Under the pieces are notes generated by a model. It was not told the DNA's origin and made no database searches. It saw only the letters and a program-made list of their open reading frames with translations. From Lingula anatina (lineage: Eukaryota > Animalia > Brachiopoda), in assembly GCA_051362555.1 (NCBI GenBank), contig CM120648.1, forward strand, positions 18,968,587 through 19,032,586: 64,000 bases of DNA, in the 5' to 3' direction. Shown here one piece after another: positions 1 to 11,740 of this stretch. Made by a program: the position numbers and the translations under genes. Each line of letters opens with the position of its first letter. Position 1 is the first letter of the stretch.

Positions 1-158
1 TCAATTGAGCATTTTCGGGACAGCCCAACATGTCATATGTTTTCATATCTTTTGTGCTTATTTGTGGAGATTGGTTTTCGCTCCTTATCTTTTGATACCC
101 CTGAAATGCTTGTATGTTGCTGCTGAATGGTAAATATTTTTTGTTGTAAATGTTGTAG

Positions 159-3100
159 AATGTGACAACTAAAACTAAGGAATCCCATGAAATGAAGATG
201 TTAGCTTTGGAAAAGAAGTTTGAAATCTTGACGTGTAATCACAGTATAAGTGAAGGAAACGAGTCCTATGATGTCATCCTTTGGTTAGACGGGTTCGGGA
301 CAAAGTGGAACATGCATGAAGATTGCCCTAAAAAGGTTTGATTTTTTTTTTTTTTTCAATATTGTGTAACAAAGATATGTATACTATAATAAGAAGGCTA
401 TTTTAGGCATAAAGAGCATGTACTGTGATGATCATTGCTGATTGGTGTGAAAATATCAGTTTCTTAGATAATGATAGAGAGAGTGATCGATAGAATAAGT
501 TTAAAAATACCGTTTTGCATTTTAGGTTATTAAGTATGTGAAATTGTTGAAAAACTACCCAGAATATATCACATATGCCCTGAGCCCTAAAATGGTAGAC
601 AGAATTGATGTGTTTGTCTGCAAGATACACATCAAGCAGGAAATAGCCGAGGCTCAGGACATGAAAATTAAAGACCTGACATCCACTGAGTTTAACATCC
701 ACTGGAAGTTACCGGTAAGTCAGTAGGCAGAGACATGCTGAAACTATTGGTCCGTTCGGTCATGACACCATGCACCATATGGTATGGAATGCTTGACATT
801 GACCTGTTATAATGCATCTTGTATGATTTATATACCATAGTTTGTTCAAAGACTCATCTTCCTAGATACATGTATGTTTTAAATATCACCAGTTTTTGAC
901 TGATTTCTTTTTCCTTTTTCAACTGACCTTTCATAATACTACAGGGTTGCCAGTTAGTTCGGAAAATAAAATTCCCAGACTCTTTACTGTTCGAGATTTT
1001 TTTTTTTATTTGCTGCCTAATACCACCTAATTTTCCTGGCTCCACCTCACCAACAACCATCCAATTCATCCATAATTGTTTTTTTTTTTCATCAAACCAA
1101 CTTTTATTATGTTACGCGTGCGCCATTACCTCCATCTCTTTTCATACACATGCCCCGAGTCCAAGCTTATGACCTATTTTAATGGTACATATTTTAAATC
1201 CTGATGTTGCCAAATAGACCTTTGAGTGGAGACCTGGCACATTGAGATTCAAGTCCTGCTCTCAAAACAATTGACTGGCCTTGGTATTATGATAATAGGT
1301 CTGCATATCAGGTTTTTCATGAATTTATGGCAACATTGTGAAATTTTTTTCTCATCTGGTGTTTTCATTGTGTGGATATAAACACTCATGGACCTGAAGC
1401 TTTATGCTAGTTACATATTCCAAATCTCCATGTTATAATTACCTACTGAGCAGTGTTTGCCACTTATACCCCCTTTACACTGGACGGCGTCCTTTCTGCG
1501 ACCATGAAATTTGGCATCGCTGTGGTCTTAATAAGGAGGCAGGAGTATTGGTTTTGTATCAGAATGACTGCTCAATGATCGACCAGTTGTCAGCACGTAA
1601 AGTGTTATAATTTTTTAACTCTCAAATGGGGCTGAACTGCTGGATGCAGATAGGACGCCGTCCATTGTAAAGGGGGCTTTAGGAAAATAAGTTGGTGGAC
1701 CGAAAGCTCAGCCATCTTGAAAATTAGCTGGATGGAATGCCTGCCGGGTGGGAAAACTCCTCTGCTCATTCTAAAAGTTGTCTGCCCCGGGCAGACGGTC
1801 CAGCCTTAATTTCTAACACTGCTACTGAGCATAATTAAACTTTGGTTTTGCTGTTGTTGCTTAAAAAAATCTATTGATTTCTCCTTTTTGTTTGCACATT
1901 TGACAGCAACCTTTTCATTTCTCTTCTTTAAGAGAAGGCAAGGAAGTCTTTCTGGCCCTTGCAGAAATGCAGAGGAGGATCACTTCAGCAATATCCCTGT
2001 GTTTGGAAAAATCCTGCTCAGTATGAAGTATGACTACAGCAAAGGTTGGCTGATTATACATATTTACCGATGCCAAGACCTTGCTCCAGCTGATGTGAAG
2101 AAGAATAGATCTGATCCGTGAGTTTTTCTTTTGCTGTGTTATTTGCAAGATACGGTATAATTTGAGATCTTAATACCATGTGAAAGCAAAACATGTCATT
2201 TGTAGCTTATCTCCAACAAAAACAAAATTCATGGTGTTATCCAAATGTGTCAAACTTAACTCATTCACCTAATTTTTACACTGTTTAATTTATGATCGTA
2301 ATATTTTGAAATATCTCTGGGTTGCAGCTATGTCAAGACCTACCTCTTGCCAGATAAATCAAGAGGTGGGAAGAGAAAAACAAAGATAAAGAAGAATACA
2401 TTTAATCCAACATTTGATGAATTGCTGCATGTAAGTTTCAGCATAAACTGTAAAGAAAATAAAGAAAATACTGTTCTTTTAGTTGGTGCAAGGCTAAGCA
2501 TTCATGGTGAGCAATTCAGTGCATCAATAAATTGTTTTTTAATTAATGTACATGTTGTGATTTATCTGCTGACAGTCACCCACTATCCTGTTTCAGTACA
2601 CCATCACTAAGAATGAGCTGGAAAGAAGAACCCTGTGGTTGTCAGTCTGGCACAGTGTCACATTTGGCCACAATGTGCTCCTGGGTGATGTTGTTTTGCC
2701 TCTTAATAAACAGAACTTCAATGACACCTCACCACAGTGGTTCCAGCTATCAGGAGTAAGTTGGAGAAGTTACAGTAGTATTCAAAGCAATGTTAAATAT
2801 CAATTTTAAAAGCAGGTTGAAGCATATACAGCTACTTTTTAATGATGTTAATTATAATTTACAGACACATTGTGTTAATTTAGTTTGTGAATCCCAAGTT
2901 TTTCTGCAATACAGGACCATATGGCTGCTGGGGATCGAGACCAAGGCGTTACTTATGTTACTGACCCGCACAGCATCAAAACAACGAGAGGGCAAGTTCT
3001 AAACCAGGCTGATGTGGGCAACCAGTGGCAAAGGTCAACATTATTGGAGACATCATTACAACCCAACTTTGACAACCAGCAGGATGACTTCCAATCCCAG

Positions 3101-3973
3101 ACAACAAGAAAGACTGTTGTATCAGACCAATACCAACAAAACCAACCATCATCACAACCTACCTTTGGCAAGCAGTCGTTGCAACAAGGCAGTTTCCAAT
3201 CTCAGACACTACCTGGTGAGTCAGCAGGACCAAATATATCCTATCATCAACAAGTAGAATCCCAGCATAGCAGGCTACCTCAGGAACCTGTCACTGACCT
3301 CCACCTGCAGGAACAAGGTGGTGACCACATTCAAACAAGGAGGAAATCAAGCCATGACTTCCCATCTTTACCCCCACAACAGGACCCTGTGGCTGCTGAG
3401 GATCAAGACCAGCTTGCTACTGACCCTCAGACTATTAGAACAAAGGGAAGCCAAGTTCTTAACCAGGCCCATGGGGATAATCAGTTAGAAAGGTTACCTG
3501 CGGCAGTGACACATGAGATTGCTGGAGTTCTAAGACAGATTCCCACTAATACAAGCAGCATGCATATTACATTCAATGTTCAGCAGGTTTACCACAATTA
3601 CTCAGAAAAGGAATCAATGACAAGCATGAAAGAGAAAGATGTAACAGCGTCATTTCATAAACATGTCCCTACAAGTGTGAAAAAACGACTGAATGAGACA
3701 TTTTCTCAAGATGATGTATGGAACCAAGTAAAGAAGATGTATGGCATTTCAGATGAAACCCCATGTCCTCCTGATGTTGTGTCTTCTTTGTTGTCACAAG
3801 TTGATGGTTCCATTGCATCTTTCATCAGTGTGTTGTTAAAGTTAAAAGAACGCCACAGAGAAGGGCAGCAAGACATTCCACAAGACTTGATTAATGAAGT
3901 CAAGGTAATTGATAATATGGTCTAAAATATAGTCAAATAAAGTAACCAGTCTTTTAAATTTTAAAATGACAAT

Positions 3974-4021
<48 letters not shown>

Positions 4022-4655
4022 CCAAAACCATTTTTCAACGTATTCTTTCTCTGTAGTATAGTTCATTTCTTTATATTCCAAGTGAAAGAGTAAGAACTAG
4101 AACTAAATGTATGAGACAATGGGTTGGCTGTTTGGGATTGTTAAGTGAATTGTAAGTTGTTTATACAACGTCATGGTTTGAATGAATAGAAGTTGTAAAT
4201 AAATGTGACCTATTATATTTCTCTTCTAGAAAGGACTTATGAGTGAAATGGAGTACAACAGACTGAGAGAGAAAGTGGTTGACTTTGCTGAGGAACTTTC
4301 GATTCATATAGAAAGAACTTTAGATTACCTGTATCAGTTTAGTGTAATACCAGATGAGGAGACAACAAAGCTTAAAAATGATGCAAAGAGAAATCCACAA
4401 GAAGCTTGTAGAAATTTGTTTAAAGCACTCCTTGCGACCAGTCCTAAAAAAGAGCCAATTAAACACCTGAAAGCTGCATTCAGGGATTGTGGTCTTGGGT
4501 ATCTGGCAGATGAACTAGAAGTCAGCTACCAGGACGTAGAGGATGAAATACAGAAACATGGAAGTGGCCGACCTTCTTGTGAAGAGCCGTTGGCGATAGG
4601 AATGTCAGCTCCCCCCACACCTGCTACAGGTGAAAACCCTATTGGAGAACATTAA
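159..4655 (+). CDS. 3' part of a multi-exon gene: unknown N-terminal domain + synaptotagmin-like (Slp4/5-type) C2 domain + Q-rich linker + death-fold-like segment + CARD. Exons 159-335, 526-714, 1933-2117, 2328-2430, 2597-2755, 2915-3904, 4230-4655; the 5' end lies upstream of the window
   Basis: All introns are GT-AG and phases are compatible, giving one open frame. C2 signature: [11 protein letters not shown]...RCQDLAPAD...[36 protein letters not shown]...RTLWLSVWH. The last exon is CARD-like ([12 protein letters not shown]...[10 protein letters not shown]...CRNLFKALL...[18 protein letters not shown]). Confidence 0.8.
1467..1678. mobile_element. MITE with terminal inverted repeats
   Basis: CCCCCTTTACACTGGACGGCGTCCT at 1469 is mirrored by AGGACGCCGTCCATTGTAAAGGGGG ending at 1676. 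Confidence 0.65.
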
Positions 4656-4859
4656 AACTATGTGTACAGTATTTGACAGTATGTGTCAAGATTGTTTATG
4701 CTATTTGGGTCACCGTGGACTAAGAACGTATGGTGTATTGCCACATATATTGACATCAGACAAATAAAGTGACTCTCTGTATTTACTGATTTTGAACAAG
4801 CTTGCTGTTAAACTATAGTGACGTTCATATTTGCAGTTCAGCATCAACTGTGACCCTAA

Positions 4860-5245
4860 CTTTTAACAGGAAGATGACAGAAATTTTAAGCAAAACCCAT
4901 TGGCCCATGAAACCATCAATACTGTTAGGGGACTTCAATGTTGATTTGTCTTACAGTAGATTTAGAGCTCCTACAACCTCTGTTTATGTTCCTCTTTTAT
5001 AATACCACCAACAAGTTATTGTCTCACCAACATTGAGGTGTATCAAAGACACACTAGTGTTTTTGACCATTTTTTTATGTACAAGGTGTAAAACCAGTAG
5101 AAACAGGTACACTGCACCTATTACAGTGTCATGATCCTGTATATGCTATTATACCCATCTATGTACAAGGTGTAAAACCAGTAGAAACAGGTACACTGCA
5201 CCTTTTACAGTGCCATGATCCTGTATATGCTATTATACCCATCTG
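4860..5245 (+). pseudogene. Degenerate EEP/APE-type endonuclease remnant (transposon-derived, possibly Helitron/Helentron) with an ~84-bp tandem duplication of its 3' end
   Basis: Motifs ILLGDFNVDL, TSVFDHFF and CHDPVYAII occur in order but are broken by stops and frameshifts. ~5077-5160 is repeated at ~5161-5243. Confidence 0.5.
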
Positions 5246-5664
5246 TTTAAACTAGCTTATAAATTACTCCTTTAGTTCATTCCCACAAACAAAAATGGAT
5301 ATTTGTAAAAAGCACTGTATATATGTTAAAAAGCATCCATATGTATTTTATGTAAATATATTCTGATAATGTCAACACCATGTAATTTATGTAAATATAT
5401 CCCCTTAAAGATGGCAACACTACAAATACGTGGGAAGGTGTTTTAATATGTAAAAGAATAGTTTGTAAAGTATAGTTTGATAATTTTACTAGTGTATGCA
5501 TGTAAGTCCATTTATTATTTTGATATTATTCAAGGTGGATGTTTTTATATGAAGTACTGTATTAAATTATATTTACAAGAACACTGTATATATGTAGAAA
5601 GTTTTAATAAGCACTTTATGTTGATATATATTCCCTGAAAGAAGACAGCACCACAGATATTTAT

Positions 5665-5946
5665 CAGGCCTACCCAACTACCAGACTCGGCACATAAGGT
5701 TCCTGAATTAACCGGTATATCGGACCACACTACCCGTTTTCAAAGGTGTGTGTCAGATCGCATTTCAGAGTATCAGTCAGAACACTGACAGGATGAGCCT
5801 GCAGTTGTCCTACAAAATTTGTTCTGGGGTATGATACTCCAAAATGCAATATGACACACACACCTTGAAAACGGGTAGTGTGGTCTGATATACTGGTTAA
5901 TTCAGGATCCTTATCATGTGCCGAGTCTGGTAGTTGGGTAGGCCTG
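5665..5946. mobile_element. Foldback MITE with CAGGCCTACCC termini and 5-bp TSD (TTTAT)
   Basis: ~95-bp imperfect TIRs (CAGGCCTACCCAACTACCAGACTCGGCACA... / ...TGTGCCGAGTCTGGTAGTTGGGTAGGCCTG); TTTAT flanks both sides. Confidence 0.85.
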
Positions 5947-7334
5947 TTTATGTGTGCAGAAAGTTACAATATGTTTCATGTACAGGTATGATATTATAGT
6001 ATACTTTGTTCTCATTCACAGAGTGTAGATTGACAGATATCTTAACTTGCTTGTTTATGTATATAAGTTCATCAATTAGTTTTACATTACCCATTGTAGA
6101 TATTTGAATATTTAAATTTTTTTGTATTTTTTTAACACTGTATATGTGTAAAAAGTTTTAATATGTAAGTTAAGTAAATGTATTCAGTCAACAATATGAA
6201 CATCATATATCATATCTTAATTCAGTATATTTATATATTCCCTCAAATATGTCAACAGCATATATATATATATATATGGAAAGATGTTACAATACGGAAC
6301 ATATTGAATGTATTTGATCTAATATGAACATACATGTACATTTATGTATATTAGTTCATTAATTAGTTTTAGATTATTCATGGCTTTTATTAAATCACCA
6401 TAAATATATACGGAAAGATGGTTCAATATCCAGCATATGTTAAGATATTATAAGGTCACTTACAGAGAACTTAGATTGAAAGATGTTTTAATTTAATAGC
6501 TATTGTACGGGTGTGTATACGACTTCATTTATCAGTTTTAGGTTAATTATGTGTCTTTTGCAAAATTACCACAATATGGACCTTGCAAATAAACTAATTT
6601 CTAATTCAAGTTGTCTTACTTGTATCTTTAAAATATAGGCCTTTATTTCGCCTTTCTTTTATGATACTTTATAAAAGCAAATTTTATTATTTAAAGAAAG
6701 GGAGGGTTCCAGATGTCAGCCACTGAAAATTATAACACTTCAATACAACATAATAGTCAAAATTGCTGCCCAGATCACAGTGCTAAAACGTATTTTGATA
6801 GAAAACAATCCTCAGAGAGACCACTAGCCTCCAAAAGCATAACATGTTCACCGTGATACAGCTGCTATAAAAGGTAATTGAAATGCAGTCTAAGAGAATA
6901 TCTTATTCCAATAAACTCTATATCTGGGTACCAATGTGTCATTTGCCCAATATCTAAAGTAGCCTCAATTCCCAGATATCTTCAGAGAGAGAGTAGAGCG
7001 TTTGCCTCTGCTTTATAAACACTGAAACCTCTTATTTTAACTTCTTCAAATTTTAGTTTCCTGTAAACAACACAGATACGGGGAATTTATATAAAATAAT
7101 AATAAAAAAGAAACATAATACTCGCATAAATAAAAAATACATATTTGATGATCTGTAGAAAATATAGAGCCTAAAAGTGCATTTATCAACCTGAAATGTA
7201 TTAAGTTGAAGCCGTTTGTTATTTTGTGTGTAAACATGCACATAAATACCCAGTACATCGACTGCGTATTCTTTTTGTCTCCCTACCGTGTGTTAATAGA
7301 TATGTTTGAATTAGAATAATAAGATTGTCTTACT

Positions 7335-7634
7335 CAGTGGCGGATTTAGGGATGGGGTTCAATGGGGTCCTGACCCCCCCCCCCCCTCCTTCGGTTTCTG
7401 AAAAAAAAAATCATACTAAATATTACCCTTTTGAAATGAGATGTTTAAGTTGCTGATTTATAGTTCTTAACCGTTCCAAAAGGCACCGTTTGGCATTCAA
7501 AACACCAAAATATTTGGGGGCCCTTCAGCGGTCCCATAACCCCACCACAAGGAGGCTGAGGGTCGGCTTCGAATCCGAGGCCTGTCATTTGTAAAAGACA
7601 CTGTCACCCCCTTCAAAACCTGGATCTACCCCTG
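7335..7634. mobile_element. MITE of the CAG(T/G)GGCGGAT type; related pieces at 24092-24261, ~27260-27315 and ~52300-52520
   Basis: Starts CAGTGGCGGATTTAGGG and ends CCTGGATCTACCCCTG; internal GGGGTCCTGACCCCC motif is shared with the 27260 copy. Confidence 0.55.
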
Positions 7635-9619
7635 TCTAACCACCTGTATAATGCGTTCAGGAGACAAAAATGGTATCTTCTTTGTAAAATTGTTTGGCAA
7701 ATATGTTTTCTCAAAATTTGCATCGTTGCAATTGCTTTTACACGTTTGAACGTTTTGAAATTATTCTTTCTTTTTATAAGGGGTTGTTTAAACCAAAACC
7801 GCCCAAGTGTGGGTCACCTTTGATCCCATTGCGCTCCACTTCGTAATAAGTGAACCCAAACTTAAAGGGATAATAACTCTTCGTTTCGGCCAAAAAATTA
7901 ATTTTCCTGGAGTAAACAACAATTTTCCCGTACTTACCAATGGTTAATGAATCCATTTAGACATTCAAAGTTAGTCCCTGTTTTTTTCTAAGAAAAGTTT
8001 TTTTTTTTTTTTTTGTTAAAATCTCTTAAAAGATTTTAACAGAGTATAGCCATCAATGGAGGTCACGTGGTCTAAAGACAAACTCAGATATCAGAATAAT
8101 TAATAGCTATAACTGCCATTTTTGTGGTAAAACAGAATATATTATATTTCTATGAGTTATTCACAATGTTTTTATTGTGAAATATAGATTTCATACGAAG
8201 AGTTAATTTCCCTTTAATATAAGCACAAAACGAAGGCACAGGAAAAAAATTAACTAGGACCGCTCCGTGTCGGGTTCTCAAACAAGGCCTCGTGCACATC
8301 ATCATGTTTGGAGACTGGCGTTGCGTAAGATGACATACATCTGTACGGCACCCGGGCTATCTATTGTAACTGTAGATGTAAACATATACAACCAAGCTGG
8401 TGTGATAAGGTAGAAAGTTTCCATTTGTTGTAAATGTTATCAACGAAGCTTCTGCGACTCCGTGGTAATTCCACTGTCTTAAACACACGTATTCCTTTGC
8501 ACGTGGGTTCGAATGCTAGAGTTCTAAATGCAATATTTTTGCTTAATAAGATTTCTGAAAATCGCATTTTATTACTATAAGAAGTAAAACGTATACATGG
8601 TGGGCGGTGGGTCAGACACAGCGCTGTCGTTAACGTGCGCGGTTGCAATAAATAAATAAACAAATAAAAAATAAAAATAAATAAATAAAAATCCAAAACG
8701 GTCATCAACCGTGATAACAGAAAGTCACGAGTTTGAGTCCCGGATAACGCATATCAGTCCGTCACAACAACGACCTGGCCCTGCAATCAGGAAGTCACGG
8801 GAACGAATGCGGCCTCTTGTCGGTCTGGGCAAAAAAACAAAAAAACTTTTCTATAAGCCGGTATAGTTTAGACTATGTGATCAACTTAGCAACTTATTGC
8901 TTATCATAAAGTCTGCGTCGTCAATAATATTTCCTTTTACTTTACTTTAAGTCTTTTAAATGATGCTAAGGTGGGGATGGTCTTTGTTCTCTCCCCTTTA
9001 CCTGCTACACCACAGATCAAACACGAATAAAGTCAGTAGGTAATGGCGGCATGTCATACTTCTCAGCAAGTTTTTTTTTTCAAAAGTCATGTCGCGTTAT
9101 TACTTTACCCAATCATTTTGTTCTTCCATGTCCACCCCACTGGTTCCCTGCTTATCAGAACTGTTCATATGATCTTACAGTGCCTGGGGAAAATCCACAG
9201 TCGACATTTCAAAAGGCAAAACTACTCAAAACTTAAACCGCTTTCACAAGTGCGAAACGCTTTGGCTCTCATCGTGCTCTATAACGTCACAGGTGCAGAC
9301 AAAATCAGTGTAATTTCAGTAATCTGTCATTAATCTCTCTTGAATTAGAAATTTCTTGTATCAATATCTGCGGGCCCCCGGACACAAGATATTGTTTTAA
9401 AACGCCTTAGGTTGTATTGTGCATAGCAATTGTACAGTAATTTTACAGTGGCTGATTTACTACATTACTATAGCTTTTGTAAGCAACGTGTTCAAATAAA
9501 CCAAAAATAGTTAAGTTTTAGTCCAATTTTGTTCAATTTTCTTTTTTTTTAATCCCCAAACAATTTGGTTTAACATGGAGTCACCCAAGAGGAACATAAC
9601 CTTTATTTTACATTCTCAG

Positions 9620-9875
9620 GTGAAGCAGAGCTTTTTGGGAGTTGTACTGAGATGGCTCCAAATCACAAGTCTACAGCACGGCCACTGAGAACCAACGTGC
9701 TGCAGGATGAGGTGACCGTTAGTGAGGACGCGGAAGTGACCATTACTGTGGACAACACAGAGTTCGTGTTCTCTGCCGCCAGCGAGGTGTCAGAGTTCCT
9801 GACGTCAAGTTATGACGTCAACGACACGTCATTAGTTGACACCATCCCGGACCCAGAACCAGAGATTTTCTACAG
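9620..9875 (+). CDS. Probable first coding exon of the ClC-2-like gene (ATG at 9652; MAPNHK...PEIFY)
   Basis: Acceptor TTCTCAG|, donor A|GTAAGT, GC-richer open frame. It ends in phase 1, which does not fit the next visible CLC exon. Confidence 0.5.
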
Positions 9876-10509
9876 TAAGTCGTAATTTTATCAGTTGAAT
9901 TCGTTCCAAATATGTGGGAAACTTATTTATACACATGAATGACACAAAACACACACATACACACGCGCGCGCACGCACACACACGCACACACACAGAAAT
10001 AATAAAAATTAAACGTTCACTCGAGAAAAATGTTGGACCTTAAGTATGATCTCAAAATCATGGCGATGGTCGATCTTTACATCTACATGTATTTAACATA
10101 CTTGTACAGTGTATCCACTCATTTTCTACAGTGTGATACATGTACTATCGAAAAAACTTGCCAAGTTAAATCATTATAAAATCATAATAATGGCCGTAGC
10201 GGGATCTCGCGGCTTCGCAGCCTAATGTTAAAGACACAGTTCACTCCAGGGAAATGACGAAGGCTTGTCATTGGAAGAGTTATGTACTGGGAGGGTGATT
10301 TAGTAAAAGGGCAAGTCACTGGAAAAGGGTCAGTCGCTTAAATAAGCAATTCACAGGAGGGATGAGGTGATTGCACATTTAGTTTTCATCATTTGTCTGT
10401 TTTATTATTGTGACATTCATTTTAGCTGAGCCTATAGTGTCTGAGTTGTAGAACATGTCATTTGCTTGATATGTTAATATCTGTGTCACTGTGATTGGAT
10501 TATATGTGA

Positions 10510-11583
10510 TTGGATTTATTTGTTGACTATAGCTCAGCATTTAATACTATTGTACCAAGCAAATTGTATTTTAAACTTTTGGATGATCTTAATTTTCCAC
10601 TAGCACTCTGCGATTGGATTTTAGATTTTCTTTTAAATAGAAAACAGTCAGTAAAAGTCGGTTTTAACTTCTCGGACACTATAGTTTTAAACACTGGCAC
10701 ACCCCAGGGCTGCGTCTTATCACCTTGTTTATATACGTTATTCACCCACGACTGTGTGGCGAGGGAGGAAAATACATTTTTAATGAAGTTTGCCGATGAC
10801 ACAACTTTAGTCGGCTTGATACACCATAATGATGAGAGGTCATACAGGCAGTCGGTTACAAGTTTAGTAAATTGGTGCACAGACAATGACTTGATATTAA
10901 ATGTGAGCAAAACAAAAGAAATGATCATAGACTTCAGAAGAAATCAGACAAGTAAAAATCCCTTGGAAGTTAACGGTAAAGCGGTCGAACAGGTTTCTAA
11001 TTATAAATTACTAGGGGTTCAGCTGAATAATAGGTTAACCTGGGGCGATAACATCACGAAGCTATTGAAAAAGGCACGTCAACGAATGTATTTCTTAAGG
11101 AAATTGAAAGCTTTTACCAGAAATGTGTTTATTCTAACGAACTTTTACAGGTGTGTTTTAGAGAGTATTTTAACTTATTCAGTAACTGTTTGGTATGGAC
11201 GTGCAACTGTGGAGGAGAGGAACAAGTTGGAAAAGATCGTCGAAACTGCAGAGATTGTAATTGGCACAGATCTAACTCCCGTCCATGCTATATATCTAGA
11301 CAGGACTAAAAAGAAAACATTATCAATAATGACAGACAGTTCCCATCCAGCCCATACCCTTTTTAAATTTTTACCTAGCAATTCGAGACTCTTAGCTTTT
11401 AAGGGTAGTAAGCGATTTTTAAATAGCTTTTATCCTTCGGCAGTAACTATTTTTAACTCTAACATATAATTTTAATTCTCATTCTTTATATTTCAATGGC
11501 GCTACTACAGGGCAAAAGATTCCCGATTTTATACATTTGTATTTTATTGGCTTAATAAATTATATTATTATATTATTATTATA
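10510..11583 (+). mobile_element. 5'-truncated Rex1/Babar-type LINE; RT ORF 10510-11469 with a (TTA)-rich 3' tail
   Basis: LFVDYSSAFNTI, GTPQGCVLSP, KFADDTT and LNVSKTKEMIIDFRR motifs; AATAAA followed by a TTATA/TTA tail at ~11554-11583. Confidence 0.9.
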
Positions 11584-11740
11584 TGAGGAATCACAAGTTT
11601 TGAATAATTTCAAAGCAGTTCTTAACAAATAAGAACTATGCTTGCAGTGCAGTTTATATAAAAGGGAGTATGTTTTCTATTGGTAAATGATGCATCAGGT
11701 TAAAATTATTGTCCGATGGTACCTTTTCTTTCCTTTTACA

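Noticed and set aside
3842-4081. Poly-lysine ORF
   Set aside because: Reverse translation of an intronic poly-T tract.
8715-9230. Possible tRNA-derived SINE fragments (B-box-like GAGTTTGAGTCC)
   Set aside because: No clear A box, TSD or second copy in the window; no tRNA cloverleaf.
10499-11584. ATTATATG near both ends of the Rex1 LINE as a possible TSD
   Set aside because: Low-complexity and overlapping the TTA-rich tail, so it cannot show whether the insertion was clean or deletion-associated.
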